A stretch of 64,000 nucleotides of DNA, from the IMG/VR virus record IMGVR_UViG_3300037487_001184, positions 1-64,000 of that record; one strand, given 5' to 3'. Position numbers and translations under genes: made by a program. This stretch comes from a virus. Of the stretch, positions 21,332 through 34,754 are shown piece by piece (the first letter of the stretch is position 1; each line of letters begins with the position of its first letter). Under the pieces are notes generated by a model. The model made no database searches. It saw nothing but the letters and a program-made list of their open reading frames with translations, and was not told the DNA's origin.

Positions 21332-24300
21332 ATGAAAGATGTACTTGAGTTGGCGCTGGCTACTATTTTTATAACAATCTGGGCAGTGCTGATTATCATA
21401 CTAATGGGGATAGCACTGTTCGTCAGATGGGCGTTGCCGGTGATATTAATAATACTCGTTCTCCACTGGATTTTTCCACACTGGGTCATATGGGGAGGGC
21501 TATGATGAAAGACGAGATGAAGCTGCTTAACAACAGAATTGATACAATCTTAGATATGCTCCAGCGTGTGTTAACAAGGCAAGTAGCAATGCAAGAAAGT
21601 CTAATTGCATTAAATGAGAAACTAGACGAGGAGTTCTTCTGGGATGCAGACGATGATTATTATGGTGAGGAGGATGGTTACTGCAGAAGAAATGATACAA
21701 TTTTAAGAGTCCACCGTAAGGAAGGTAACTAATGTTGGAGCTGCTGGCGGAAATGAAGTCGAGGGTACCCAAATTCTTTGTCTTCACTAAAAATGAGAAG
21801 ATGATGCTGGCTACATATGCCAACACTGAGAAGAGAATTGTTATTTATAATCCAGAAGCATCACCACAGTCTACAATAGAGTTAGGGTATAGGGTTACAA
21901 TAGATTGCATTGAAGACAGCGTTAATATAAACGAGTTTTGTGGACAGTTGTTAGGTAAACATCTGGATGAAATCGAAGCAGGAAATTATGTTTACTTGGT
22001 GGATGTTACTGGAGAGGGCTACTATAATATCGGTATGAGAACTTTCGATATCATGTTGGATGTAACTTTCCACGATACAACTAAAGATGAACATATAATA
22101 TGGAGGAAATGATGGATAACTACAATGAGCTGTACGATAACATGGCTAATGCGCGCACGATACTAGCCACAGTGATGAAGCTGAGTGAGAAGATGGGCGA
22201 GGGTGTCAGAGAGTTACGGGATAAAGTTATGGAAGCCGATGAGGATATAGCTGATGCGATGCATGAAGCAATAAGAATAGAAGTTGAGAGAGTATGGGAG
22301 AAAAAAAATGTTTTGTAAAACTTGTAGGTTTGGTGTTTATTCTGAGGTAAGTGGTTTGTACCGATGCCATTGGGACAACATGGCAAGGCTCAATGCCGCA
22401 GATTTTTGGTGCACAGATGGAGAGTGGCGTAAAGAAGATAGCTGGGTGACCTGGTGGGATGTTGAGGATGGTGTGGAAGAAAATGACGTGTAGATCGTAT
22501 ATTCTAAAAGATGCAGAAGTGACCAATATCTGTGCCAACTACTTGAGGATACATTCTGCTTTAGTGGATTTAGAAATAATCTTTGGTGGAATAAATGTGG
22601 ATGAGACATCGGTTAGCAATATTGTCGTTCAGTTTAAACGAATAGGTTCTGGGCTTGAGGAACTAAAACCGCTAGTAGAACAACTACTAGTTTTACAACA
22701 GGGGGTAGAATGAAGCTTTGTAGTGAAGAGGCACAACAGATACTTAAGAAGGGCGGGCGCTTGAGAAAGTCTTATTGGCGTAAGGATGATTGGATGATAT
22801 TGCACGGAGTGTGGTTCTTTAGGACTACAAACATATTCACGTCGAAGTATTCAGAGAGACTGATATTAAACGGTATCAAATATATGCTTTACTCAATCAG
22901 TTCTGATAGTATATATGAAAGTGATTTCATTGAGGTTGAGGTAAAAAACAATGCCGGATTTGGTCTGGAGTTCTAATGAACACAATCCTGTTAATAATCA
23001 TGACCGTGTTTAATATCTCTAGCATCATAGTTCGCTTGGTTGCCGGTGATCCATTGTCCAATCTAATTTTTTGGGCTGCATTATTTTTATGGGGATTGTG
23101 TGCAGGACTGTGGCTCCAAACGAACTTATTTTAGCTTTGCTGGTGGTCTCACGTACCCACAAAAGAGATAGAGGGTAAGAGGTAACATTATTAGTTGCCC
23201 TAGAGATGGTGGGCCAAAAAGTCTCTCAAAACTGTCGTAAGTACTAGTGATGACGTAAGGGCATCCGGTATGATGGTGCCACCAGCTTCCACAAAGGATA
23301 TGAATATGCGTAAACGTTATAGCATCAAGAGTATATTAAAGGACCCTAACCTTCGAGAGCAGTTGCTCTGCAACGCTGTTCGTTTTATACAGGCAGTAGA
23401 GGGTAGGGATATTCCAGAGGATTTACTTGTAACGACTTATAGAAAGGAACGAAAGTGTCTAGTTGCAGAAAGCGAGATTATGAGGAATGCTCAAATTGCC
23501 TTCATAGTATCCCCGAGCTAACCCAAAAGTGCTTAATAAGATGTGCATTAGGACGTGGAGTATTAAGAACGACCGCCTCGTGGTGCGAAACCTGGAAAGC
23601 AAAAGACTCTTATACCATGTTGTTGGGGATAACGAAATGGTCTGTAAAAATGAGGTAAAGAAGGAAGAGCACCTTCCCTGCATTACTGAAAGCCAGCTTG
23701 ATTACAAGTATGACTTGGAACGTATTCTAAAACGCTATGCCAGTGCTTGGATAAAGCTCGTTAGATATGATGCCGAAAAGGAAACAAAAAGGGAGAAATC
23801 ATGAACGTAAAGGCTGAAAAAGTTCCAATAGCTTGGGCACTAGAGCTTACGATGAGAGCACTAATCCCTGAGTTTAGACAACTTCGAGACTTATTAGACG
23901 AGAACAAGACTTTCATACCTGACCTCATCCCGTTGCTAGAGGAGTTAAACTTGGCATTGAGCGGGTGGTCTGCACCAATCACAGGAGGTTGCGGCTCCGA
24001 TTCTTCTAAACCCCTCATAGTATTTGATGAAACACTTAATAGAGTAGTTGAGATTGATAAAAACCAGCTTGGAGTTTACGGCAAGTGAGGAGTTACTAAT
24101 GAAACACTTCCCTACTAATGCAGCTTCAGATACATCAACAGCCCCGATATGGACAAATGCAAATGAACAGGAACGCATCTTGGATAAATGGAAAAAGCTG
24201 TATAATGAGACTCAAGAACTCGTAGATGCGATGACCTGGGTTGGAACTGGTAGTCATCATAAACATCCGTTAGAGGTGATGCTCTACGATATACGCCGTC

Positions 24301-24910
24301 TAATAACTAGGCTGGAACATGGCTTAAAATGAATACACATAAGACGGCACCTCTAGGTTTACGACATCCCCATTGGATGGGTTATGATCTCATCCGAACC
24401 TGTGATCCACCACTGAGCCTGCTTGAGTATCTGCTAGACCATTTGTTGTATGTGCAGTTGAAGAATCCACCACCTGTCAGCACTGCTACTTTTGTGATAG
24501 GGGACTCAAATGACTGATGAAGTAACTCAAATCAGACTGTATATCCTGGAGCTGATAAAATTCACCTGTAAACGGGCTCGACAGCACAACCATGACAAAC
24601 ACCACTCAATAGGTATAAGAGCCTGGGGATACGACTTTCTGCACAATGAATGTACTATGTACATCAGGGAGCTGGTGTGGATACTGAATCAAACAAAGGA
24701 CAGATAATGACACAGAAGGATGAACTATTTAATCTAATCAAATGGTTGGGGAGAAGAGCTAGGAACTGGAGACAACAAGCAGAGTTAAATGTAAACCCGG
24801 CTCTAAGGGGTTATCACTATGAAAAGTATATGGAGACCATGATAATCCTTCGTCATGTAATCTCTATCTACCTACCGGTGAAGCATGATGGGATGCAAGA
24901 CCATGATTAA
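21332..24910 (+). CDS. run of small hypothetical genes (membrane peptides, Cys-rich mini-proteins)
   Basis: Coupled short ORFs with RBSs; grouped entry. Confidence 0.6.
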
Positions 24911-25664
24911 TCTAATAGGACAACGATTTAGTAGGCTGCTTGTACAAAAATTTGCTGGCAGAGACAAAAAGGGCAACTCCTACTGGGACTGTATCTGTGA
25001 TTGTGGGAACATCACCAAAGTTCGGATGGGATGTTTGAAGAGAGGGACTACAAAGTCTTGTGGTTGTCTCCATAAAGAACAAAAGACCACACATGGGCAA
25101 ACTAACAGCGTTGAGTTTACTATTTGGCAGGGTATATTAGCTCGGTGTTACAACGAGAAAAGCCCTGCTTATAAATGGTATGGAGAACGCGGAATTAAGG
25201 TTTGCGAGAGATGGTTAGGTAGAAGAGGGTTTGCTAATTTCTTGGAGGACATGGGCAAACGCCCTGAAGGCATGACCCTGGACAGAAAAGACAATGACGG
25301 TGATTACACTCCTGAAAACTGTAGGTGGGCAACATGGAAGGAGCAACAAAACAATCGGAGAGGTAATCATTGGATTGAGTATGATGGTGAGCGACGAACC
25401 CTTACACAGTGGGCTGAGTTTTTAGGTATAAGTGTATTTACACTATCTATGAGATTAAATACATATGGCTGGTCCATTAAAAAGACGCTAACCACACCAG
25501 TGAGGAAGGAGTATATGTTGTTTATTTGTGAAGAGTGTGGGAAGAAAGCCTGGACTAAAACCTGGATTTTACCAGATGTGTTTAATAGAATTAAAATAAT
25601 CTGCAAGAATTGTAGTGGCTCGGGTGAGGCGGCATCCTATTTCCATAGAAGGGAGGAGAAATGA
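24903..25664 (+). CDS. HNH homing endonuclease-like protein with extra C-terminal zinc ribbon
   Basis: Family motifs, then CEECG..CKNC. Confidence 0.88.
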   Translation: MINLIGQRFSRLLVQKFAGRDKKGNSYWDCICDCGNITKVRMGCLKRGTTKSCGCLHKEQKTTHGQTNSVEFTIWQGILARCYNEKSPAYKWYGERGIKVCERWLGRRGFANFLEDMGKRPEGMTLDRKDNDGDYTPENCRWATWKEQQNNRRGNHWIEYDGERRTLTQWAEFLGISVFTLSMRLNTYGWSIKKTLTTPVRKEYMLFICEECGKKAWTKTWILPDVFNRIKIICKNCSGSGEAASYFHRREEK

Positions 25665-25827
25665 CACCGCCTATATTCGATTTCTGGGATGCCTATATTT
25701 GGTGTGCTAAGGCACTATTATTAGCATTTGCTTTGTTTTTAACTATTGCGATTCCGTCTTGTATAATAGCTTGGATTGCTACGGCAGTGAGGCATAAGTG
25801 GGACCTAACAAAGTACGGAGGAAAATA

Positions 25828-28800
25828 ATGTACCAAACACCACACAAATATAGATTCTATTGTGCAGAACATGAAGACACAAAGGCTATGACCATTAATG
25901 GAAAGCACTTCTGTGCAAGGTGTATGGAGGAAGCACTAACTAAACTAGGAGTTCATCAAGTTCAGGTAATAGATTTTGATCCTGATAACAACTACTTTGA
26001 AACCCAGATGTTTGATACATTAGGCGGGAACATATGAATCTAAATCAGCCAGTAATAGAAGCTATAACTGTCGATAATATATTTAGAAATGATGGAATAG
26101 TTATAGTATGGTTCCTGGTAATGGCTATTGTAACTACTACAATAGCACTATGGAGTTTATGGAGGAATAAATGACACCTATATCCTGTAGCCTCTGTGGT
26201 CAACAACTCATAATGGGTATCGCTCACAACTGTCAAAAACAAACCCATGTTTTTGGTTGTTCCAAAGCAGGCGACGTTCCTGATAAACTTGATATAGTCC
26301 TTGAGTATCTGATAACACTAAACACTAAGGTAAATATTCTAACTGGTTATGTTGAGAAGTTACTTGATGATGCCTACATAAGCACGAGTGTTGAGGAGGA
26401 AGACAATGAATGATAGACTGCTATATATCTATGACGGACCGCCAGTAATCAGTGGGGACCCCTGCTGCAATAAATGCGGGGGGACTGAGTTTCGATGGGT
26501 CGGAGTATGCACAAAATGTTATGATAAAGAGCTGGAAGTGGCAGGAGAAACGAAAGGCTCAAAATGGGAAGAGCTAAAGAAAATACTACCAGCTAGGTTT
26601 CAGGAACTAAAGCAACAACAATGTTCATTAATGGAGGATAGGGAAACAGGAAATATACCCAATTTAGTATTGAGAACAGAAAACAGGGGGATGCGACGAA
26701 TGCTAACGGAGATAATGCAAACTATGAGTGATATGGAGAACAAATGATATGTATGAAAATGAACCCGATAGACGTAAAAGAATCTCCTATGATGCCCCCT
26801 TCGCTACACACCCTAAAAGAGTAGGGTATAGATTAGAAAGTGAGGTAGTAGAGATAAACAAGATGACATCACAAGATAGATGGAACACCCTGAAACAACG
26901 CATTGAGCAGGAGATATTGGACCTATGTGATACTGCTGCGGATAAAACAGTGCGGGAAATATGTGCAGAGCAGGAAGGCATGATGCGAATCCAGGAGATT
27001 ATAAAAGAGTTGGAGGAGAAATGACATCCCACGAAAGATGGTTAGAATTGAAGGTCCAAATTGACCATGAAATCTCTGAATCTGAGGGTGCCTTACTGGA
27101 AGGGTATCAATACAATATCAGGGATGACTTCCCATTTGGAAAAGTAGTCCAAGGAACCTTACGAAAAGTGCTGCATATAATGGAAGAACTGGAAAAACCA
27201 TGACATCGAAAGCATACGTGCCGGGTGAAGATAGATTTTACATCGTGGACGCTAAGGTCTGCCCTGACTGCGGTCAAGTTAGGCTAGAGTATGATGGGTG
27301 CTCCTGTCATACTGAAGACGCGAAATGGCTCCTGTTAAGAGACGCTGTGCAGACACAACATGACATCTTGATATCTGTCTTGGAGCACTCTAACAATAAT
27401 GATGTATATTTCCAGGGGTTAGTACGCGGGGGCATAACTTCATATCTAAAAGTATTACAGTTGTTGGAGGAGAAATGATTGATAACAAAGAGCACCTACG
27501 TTTAATAGAGCAGCAAAGGAAGGTGTGGACCCTGATTGATAAGCACAAAGAAAAATGGGAAGAGTTGAAAACATGGTTAAAGAAACATCCTAATCAGATT
27601 CATTATATGGGGGCAACAACAATTGAAAGCGTTGTTAAGAAAATGGAAGAACTGGAGGAGAAATGAAATTTGCAGCTTTGATTCCAGGATTACTAGCAGG
27701 GAAGTCTTATTGCTACACAAAGAAGTCTGATGACATTCATTTCTTTATTTCAATGGCTTATCCCATCAACTCTGAATACGAGGTAATATCTATCATGTTT
27801 TTCGAAGACTTAGAAGGTCCTGATGATGATATTGACCCAGAATGTCTTGAGTTGAATCGAACAGATTTAGAACACAACCTTTGGCGCGAAGTTAAGGCAT
27901 CTGATTACTACACTGAGGAGGATGATATCCATGACTAACATACAGTACCCAAAACTTGATGAAAACGTGCAGTTAAACCCACCGTTTTCCAGACCCGAAT
28001 TTACCTGGACGCAAACTACAACAACACCGGAGTACGAGAACGAGCCTATGTTCTTAATAGAGACTGAGGATGCAAAGTATCTCTATGACGAACTTATGGA
28101 TGCTCTCAGAGATATGATTGCATTGAACAATCCAGTTCAAGTGTATCGGTGGGACAGGGATAATAAAAGATATGTTCATTATGTAAACATAGGGCAGACG
28201 GAGGAGGAATGATTTTCGAACAGGCGCTAGAGCATTATAGGAAGGGATGTAATATTCGTATCCCATTGGATTTCATAGTTGATGGATGGCTCACATTTAG
28301 GTCCGGAGATGAAATATCAGTTTTACCAGTTCATATTAATTCTAGTAGATGGGAAGCCTATGGTCTACAGGGGTGGACCCCAACGCCTATATTCACTCCA
28401 GAAGATTATCATCCAGGTCCCACTGAATCTTTTAAATATGAGACAATGGGTGATGTAATAGATAAAATCTTTAAGATACTGTTCAGTGACATACGCGGAG
28501 TTTTAAATAAGATGCCGAGTTCTCCGAGCGTTGAGTATATAGCTAAGGAACTACACGAGATATGGGGTCTAGTCTATGTTGATATACCCAAGGCAGTACT
28601 CAAGCGAATTGAAGAAGTAAGAAAAGAAGAAAGATTGGAGGGTGGTAAAATGATATCAGAACAGAAGGAGATGTCACCTTTGGAATATCTGAGGTGGCAA
28701 GTAGAAAACTGTAGGGATGCAACTCCTAATGCAGAAAGGAAGGAAGCATACAGGAAAGTATTGCGCCTAATGGCTTGTTTGGGACCTTATGACAAACCGC

Positions 28801-30484
28801 AGCTACCCAAGTTTGCTACAGAGTCCCTTGTCTACTCAATTGAGGAGATAATGGACATGCATACAACTGAAATATCCGCACTTGAGGGTCGGGTAAACAA
28901 ACTTGAGGACAAGATTAAAATTCAGAATATAGCTAAGGAAATGCTGGAAAGGATAAAAATACTGGAGGAGAGCAAATGAGAAATACATGTGGCAATTGTC
29001 AGCATTGGAGATTGAATATACAACCGGCAGCTTATAAAGGAACTTGTACAAATTTCAATGATGCTACTGGTAGGTGTATCCAAATGGATTCAGATGACTT
29101 CTGTTCACATTATATTAAGGTCGAGACATGTCACAAAGAGCCAGAGCACGGGGACCATACTAATCTTTGGGCATCAATGTTTGAATTACAAAACAAGGTA
29201 CAGGACCTGGGTTTGAAGATAGATGTTCATTCAATAGACGAGAGTAGGCACCTACGGAGACCAATATGACAATAAAAGAGATAGGTGAAATTAGGAAATT
29301 GATCGCCCAGGCTAGGTACAGAATATATATGGCAATAGCCCTTGGAGATAAGGACGCATTTCACCTACGAGGCATAGAATTGAAGATATGGGACCTTCAA
29401 AAAGACTTATTGAAGTTCCTGAAACACAAACAACCTAAACGATTGATATGGAGTGAATTTTGAAACTCTGGGAAATAAAATACTTCTTGTGGGGAATCCC
29501 AATATTCTTCATAAAACTGCTTTATCTACCTTTCCACCTCATATTTCACTTCTTCTTTTGGGTAGGGTGGAACAGTGAGTGGGTCAGAAAAAGATTGGAG
29601 GACAGATGAACAAGAAAGAGATACTAGAAGAAGCTAAAAGAGTACGAGTACAGAAGGCATGGTATGAACTAAAGCACTGGCTACGAGAAGATAAGAAAGC
29701 CCGGAAACAGAATTCCATTGAAAAAGACTTGCTTACTACTATACTCGCTGAAATGAAGGAGTTGGAAAAGGTGAAAACATGAAGTGTAGTGATATCCCAG
29801 ACAAACCTATACTAGAGTTTATTATGAAACACAATGATATAGGTAAAACCAAGAATCTGGTAGGCTGGTGCAACTGGTACTTTGGGGATGAAAGGGATGT
29901 CCATCAAGTCTTTCCAGAGGGTGTGGATGATAACTTATTACTAGCAAAAATGAGGAGATTAATGAAACGAGGATTAATAGATGGTTGTGATTGTGGTTGC
30001 AGGGGAGACTATGTGATAACTGCAAAGGGTAGGATGATGCTAGGGGAGTTGGGTGAGCCTAGTATATACGAGCGCCTATCTCAAGCTATAAAGGAGAGAA
30101 CATGAATAATCCAGACAGTCCGTTTAGCGTGGCACTTCAACTTCTTACACTTATGATGATAGTTGGTATCTTTATAGTCCTCGTCAACTTTACACGCAGC
30201 CCCGTTTTAATTACAACGATATCAGAGGCAGATGAGATAGTTCAGATTGAACGATTAGAGAGAGAAGTCCAAGCACTAAAGCGAAGAGTGGGTGCCCAGT
30301 GAACGGAATTGAGATATTGCAGAGAATATTTGATGAGTTAGCTAGACGTGAGGAGTTTTACCAACGTGGATGTAGCCCTAATATTGATGATGATGACACA
30401 TTTGCTCAAGGATATAGTAAGTGTTTTAATGACTTACTGGGGCTATTTCCAGTATTCTTAACCAGAGATTGGAGACGCAAATGA
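25828..30484 (+). CDS. run of small hypothetical genes, including the W-x-x-L-K..ELEEK paralog array
   Basis: Coupled ORFs with GGAGGAGAAATGA junctions; grouped entry. Confidence 0.65.
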
Positions 30485-30741
30485 TAGGTTGGAGTGTGTT
30501 TAATACCATTCTAGTTTTACTTAATATGTGGTGCGTTATAATGCACCTCCCGGAAGGCTCTTATATAATTTACTTGAACTTGGCGCTAGTGGCACTAATG
30601 TCAGGATGGATAGGATTTACTATAGGAGATAGCCAGTGATAGACTTACTAGAAACAATATTTTACTTGTCTTTTCTTATAGGGTTCATGTTCGGCGGGAT
30701 GGAACTCTACCTTATCTATGATAAAAGCAGGTGGGGTGACC

Positions 30742-31359
30742 ATGAGAAAATTTATTGATATTACAGGACAGAAATTTGATAGATTAACAGTGCAAGAATT
30801 CGCAGGTAGGAATGGTGATAGCTATTTTTGGAACTGTGTCTGTGATTGTGGTAATGTTAGGATAGTTAGGGGAGATAGTCTAAAGAATGGTAATACAAAA
30901 TCTTGTGGTTGTTTACGAAAAGAATTACTTGGTTTACGTAAAACAACGCATGGTCATTGTAAGAAGAGGAGGAGCAGTAAAGAGTATAATACTTGGCAAC
31001 ATATGATTACACGATGTTACACCCCAAGTAACAAGGACTACAAGAATTATGGTGGTCGAGGCATTAAGGTGTGCGAACGGTGGCACACATTTGAAAACTT
31101 TTATGAGGACATGGGAGATTGCCCTGAAGGTATGACGCTAGATAGAAAGGATAACAATGGTGACTACACCCCTGAGAATTGCAGGTGGGCTACGCGAGAG
31201 GAACAACACAATAATACAAGAAGCAATCATTGGATTGAGCATGATGGAGAGAAAAGAACAGTGGCTCAGTGGGAAAAACGTTTGGGTATGGGCATAAGGT
31301 CTAGGCTACATAGAGGCTGGTCTGACGAACGAGCCCTAAGCAAAGGAGGATCGATATGA
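30742..31359 (+). CDS. HNH homing endonuclease-like protein (same family)
   Basis: Family motifs. Confidence 0.9.
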   Translation: MRKFIDITGQKFDRLTVQEFAGRNGDSYFWNCVCDCGNVRIVRGDSLKNGNTKSCGCLRKELLGLRKTTHGHCKKRRSSKEYNTWQHMITRCYTPSNKDYKNYGGRGIKVCERWHTFENFYEDMGDCPEGMTLDRKDNNGDYTPENCRWATREEQHNNTRSNHWIEHDGEKRTVAQWEKRLGMGIRSRLHRGWSDERALSKGGSI

Positions 31360-32384
31360 GTATAGATATAGGTGAATTAATGGAGGCTGCTGGTGCAGTG
31401 TCGCTGCTTATCATTGCAGCAGCTATAGCATCGGTGTTATTCAGTCTTGCATATTACATCGCGTGGAGGTAAAATGTCACCAGAAATAATATGCAAGAAT
31501 TGTAGGTTTGGGACTCCCGCTGTTGGCAGTAGCAATGAAACAGTATGTCATCGTAGGAGTTCCACCAGATATACTCTCATGTATAATCATTGGTGTGCAG
31601 AGGGCGAATGGAAAAATGAATATGGATGGGCTTCCTGGTATGATATCATGGATATGGAAGAGGCAATTACAAAAGAACTGAAACGTGATTGGAGAGGTCA
31701 AGGAGAACCGCTCGATGATTAATTTAGGAGGCAGAAATTGCTATTGCTAATACCAATATGTTGTGATATGAGCTTCATCCCCGACTTGGTTCGATGGAGT
31801 ATTGTTGTCGTCTTGCTTTTAACATTCTTAACAATATGTATCTGGTTTGGGTATGAGTTATGGAAGGATAGAAAGGAAGAGAAATGAATCTTGATTATAA
31901 GAAGCTGTTTAAGTTTTCAGTAGATAACATAGTAGTAAGAATTTTGCGTACTATGGAGCTGTCACACAACATAGAGTATAACACAGCCTACATTCATGGA
32001 TTAAAGTTTGCTTTGTATCACATGCTAAAAGAAGAGCGGGCTTTATTTAACAAAATCACTCCTTCGGACATTAAAGAGGTGAGTGAATACATAGACCAGA
32101 TTGGAATATGGGATAGGTATAAACCACCGATAAATATACCGTTGTGGATAAAAGGTATGCGGCAGGATTACATTAACAGAAAACCTATATGGAGTGAGTT
32201 TTAATGGAACTTAAATCAGAGGAAGATTTTACAGGGGAGGAGTTTTGGGATACCTTCAAGGTTGAATTTAAAGCGATGGTTATAGGATTAAAGAACCAAC
32301 ATCCTTACTTGACATTCGAGATGATACAGGACTGCCTTTTAGGTATCCTATTGGCGCACCAACAAAGGATATTAGGAGTAAAAG

Positions 32385-32585
32385 ATGATGGATGATCCAA
32401 TTAATCCTGCTCACTACACCAAACGCTCTATAATGCCAGTGGATGTTGCTGAAGACTGGGAACTTAACTTCAACCTTGGGTGTGTAATAAAATACCTAGC
32501 TCGGTACAAAGATAAAGGTGGTATGACAGATTTACGTAAAGCATTGTGGTATTTAAAAAGAGAAATAAACAGGGAGGAAGTATGA
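32385..32585 (+). CDS. DUF3310 domain protein (T7 gp1.7-like)
   Basis: DPINPAHY..FNLGCVIKYLARY..KGG..DLRKALWYL. Confidence 0.88.
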   Translation: MMDDPINPAHYTKRSIMPVDVAEDWELNFNLGCVIKYLARYKDKGGMTDLRKALWYLKREINREEV

Positions 32586-33088
32586 AGCGTGTATATATTG
32601 CTGGACCATACAACGCAGACAATGTTATAGACGTTCTTAACAACATGCGACGCGGTATAAGAATATCAGTGGAGCTGCTCACACAAGGGTTTGCTCCCTT
32701 CTGCCCTTGGTTGGATTATAACTTTCAGCTACAGGCAGAATTAACTATTAAGCAATTCAAAGATTTTAGTATGGCATGGGTCCAAGTGAGTGATGCTATA
32801 TTTATGATAACCGGGTGGGAAAATTCCGGAGGTGCTATAGCAGAAAAGGAAGAAGCAGAACGCCTGGGCATCCCAGTGTTTTATGATCTAGATAGTTTAC
32901 TAGCACGGGGAAAGCCTAAAACTTGTCATGAGTGCAACGATTCGACAAACCTTCGAGAATGTGATAAAGGAAGATGGTTAGATGAGAATACCTTTTGTTA
33001 CTGTAACCTTATTCACCAAGCAGTATCAAAGGAGGATTTTTGTTCGTCTTGGAGGTCTAATGATAAAACGAATGCCCATGATATTTAA
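32582..33088 (+). CDS. DUF1937/DUF4406-like (nucleoside deoxyribosyltransferase fold) protein with Cys-rich tail
   Basis: RVYIAGPY..DAIFMITGWENSGGAIAE..A..LGIPV. Confidence 0.8.
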   Translation: MKRVYIAGPYNADNVIDVLNNMRRGIRISVELLTQGFAPFCPWLDYNFQLQAELTIKQFKDFSMAWVQVSDAIFMITGWENSGGAIAEKEEAERLGIPVFYDLDSLLARGKPKTCHECNDSTNLRECDKGRWLDENTFCYCNLIHQAVSKEDFCSSWRSNDKTNAHDI

Positions 33089-33448
33089 GGGGGGTGTAGT
33101 ATGGATAGACCTGAAAGAAGAGGGCGATCTTTTCATAGGAGAGTGTAAGGAACTTGGTTTGCAAGTAGAGGCACATCTTGAGAGCGGAGCCATAAAGAAG
33201 ATGCGAGGTCTGTTAGAGTTTCATGGATTAGGTTACGATGAATGTTTTGAAAGAGGTGGCAATGAATGAGTTTGAGGCTGAGAATTTCAATGTAAAAATA
33301 GACCGCGCATATTTAGCCGGGATACTGAAAGGTGTATCTACGTGTAAAATGATGTATGCTAGTTCTCCTAAGAAGGATGAACTTCAACCGGCATTTGATT
33401 CACTTATCGAGTACGTGAAGGCTGACCTAGCTATGAGCTTTCCGAATA

Positions 33449-34024
33449 GTGAGATACCACGTGCATAATCTAGCAAATCATATTAAAATGTACCCGCACT
33501 CAGCAATCATGGAAAAAGAAGGTAGGCTTTATGGGCAGTGGATAATAGGAAACAACTACCGGGCTACACAACCATATCATGGTTCTTACCCTCCATCATA
33601 TGTGGAGCGCGTTAAATCTTTATTCCCAGATAATAAAAAGATACTGCATCTATACTCTGGGATGGTCCAACCAGCAGAAGGAGAACAGACATTCGATATA
33701 AATCCTGCCTTAAATCCCACAAAGTGTGGTAAAGCTGAGGAGTTATCTAATTATTTTTCTGAAAACGCTTTCAACTTGGTCATGTGTGACCCGCCATATA
33801 CTCCAGCAGACGCTGCTAAATATGGTGCCAAGATGCCTATCACGTACAGAGTTATGTCCGAGCTGTATAAAATCGTGGAGGTGGGGGGCGTAGTCGTGTG
33901 GCTTTGCACAAGAATACCACTTTGGAAGAAAGTTGAGTGGAAACTACTCGGAGTGATAGGGCTTTTTTGTGGCACTAATAGGGTGTATCGTGCCGTTGTT
34001 CTACTTCAAAAAATTAATGCTTGA
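33449..34024 (+). CDS. putative amino-methyltransferase (DNA N6-A/N4-C type)
   Basis: YHGSYP, ILHLYSG (motif I-like), DIN and DPPY catalytic motif. Confidence 0.75.
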   Translation: MRYHVHNLANHIKMYPHSAIMEKEGRLYGQWIIGNNYRATQPYHGSYPPSYVERVKSLFPDNKKILHLYSGMVQPAEGEQTFDINPALNPTKCGKAEELSNYFSENAFNLVMCDPPYTPADAAKYGAKMPITYRVMSELYKIVEVGGVVVWLCTRIPLWKKVEWKLLGVIGLFCGTNRVYRAVVLLQKINA

Positions 34025-34048
34025 CAAAAAATTCTAAAATGGTATAAT
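34021..34048 (+). promoter_or_regulatory. consensus sigma70 promoter heading the HNH/ncRNA/tRNA/Ro60 unit
   Basis: TTGACA-16 nt-TATAAT with extended -10 TG. Confidence 0.85.
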
Positions 34049-34146
34049 ACCCCCTAGTTTGGAAGCAGATAATTTTTGAAGAAGGTAGGAATGGTGTTGT
34101 TATAAACTTTCCTACCTACCCTTAAAGTAATACTGGACACTATAAG

Positions 34147-34710
34147 ATGATTTATAATAAAGAAATAAAACTAAATCTATCTGGCTCACGTAGGTACTAT
34201 TACTTTTTTGATGCAGACCATCCACTAAGCAATAAGACTGGGAGGATTCTGTATCACCGCCACGTTGCATCTCTAAAAATAGGAAGATGGTTAACATGTG
34301 ATGAGCATACTCATCACATAGATGGAAACTCATTGAATAATGACCCGGATAATATCACAGTGCTGTCTAGATCAGAGCACAGTAGAATACACAACCCAAA
34401 ACAGCTTTGCGCTATTAATTGTATATTATGTGGGAAGCTGTTTACCCCCCTCAAATCGAAGACTAAATTCTGCGGGACCAAATGTAGAATAGAATCCTAC
34501 AAAAAACTGTATATTCCTAAAGAAGAATTAGCTTCACTGGTTTGGGAAATGCCTTCCTCAAGGGTGGCTGAGCTACTGGGAGTATGTGATAGTGCTATCG
34601 TTAAGCTTTGTAGAAAGTTAGAAGTTAAAAAACCCCCAAGAGGGTACTGGGCAAAAGTTTATGCGAGTGAGAATGCCCTCATGTCGAATATAGGAGTTAC
34701 TTCATGCTAA
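34147..34710 (+). CDS. HNH endonuclease (HNH_3-type) with zinc ribbon and C-terminal HTH
   Basis: YHRHV..IGR.L..E.THHIDGNSLNN..DN..SEH..H; CxxC; PPRGYW. Confidence 0.88.
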   Translation: MIYNKEIKLNLSGSRRYYYFFDADHPLSNKTGRILYHRHVASLKIGRWLTCDEHTHHIDGNSLNNDPDNITVLSRSEHSRIHNPKQLCAINCILCGKLFTPLKSKTKFCGTKCRIESYKKLYIPKEELASLVWEMPSSRVAELLGVCDSAIVKLCRKLEVKKPPRGYWAKVYASENALMSNIGVTSC

Positions 34711-34741
34711 GAAAATACTCCTATAGCTTACTCACTGAGGG
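34676..34741 (+). ncRNA. Y RNA-like unit 1; apical loop AUGCUAA (GCU)
   Basis: CCCTCA/TGAGGG outer stem, TGTCGAA, TATAGGAGT/ACTCCTATA inner stem, TACTTC. Confidence 0.7.
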
Positions 34742-34754
34742 ACCAAATATAGAA

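Noticed and set aside
23139-23291. tmRNA
   Set aside because: Too short and lacks the alanine-type GGGG..G3-U70 acceptor and canonical T-loop
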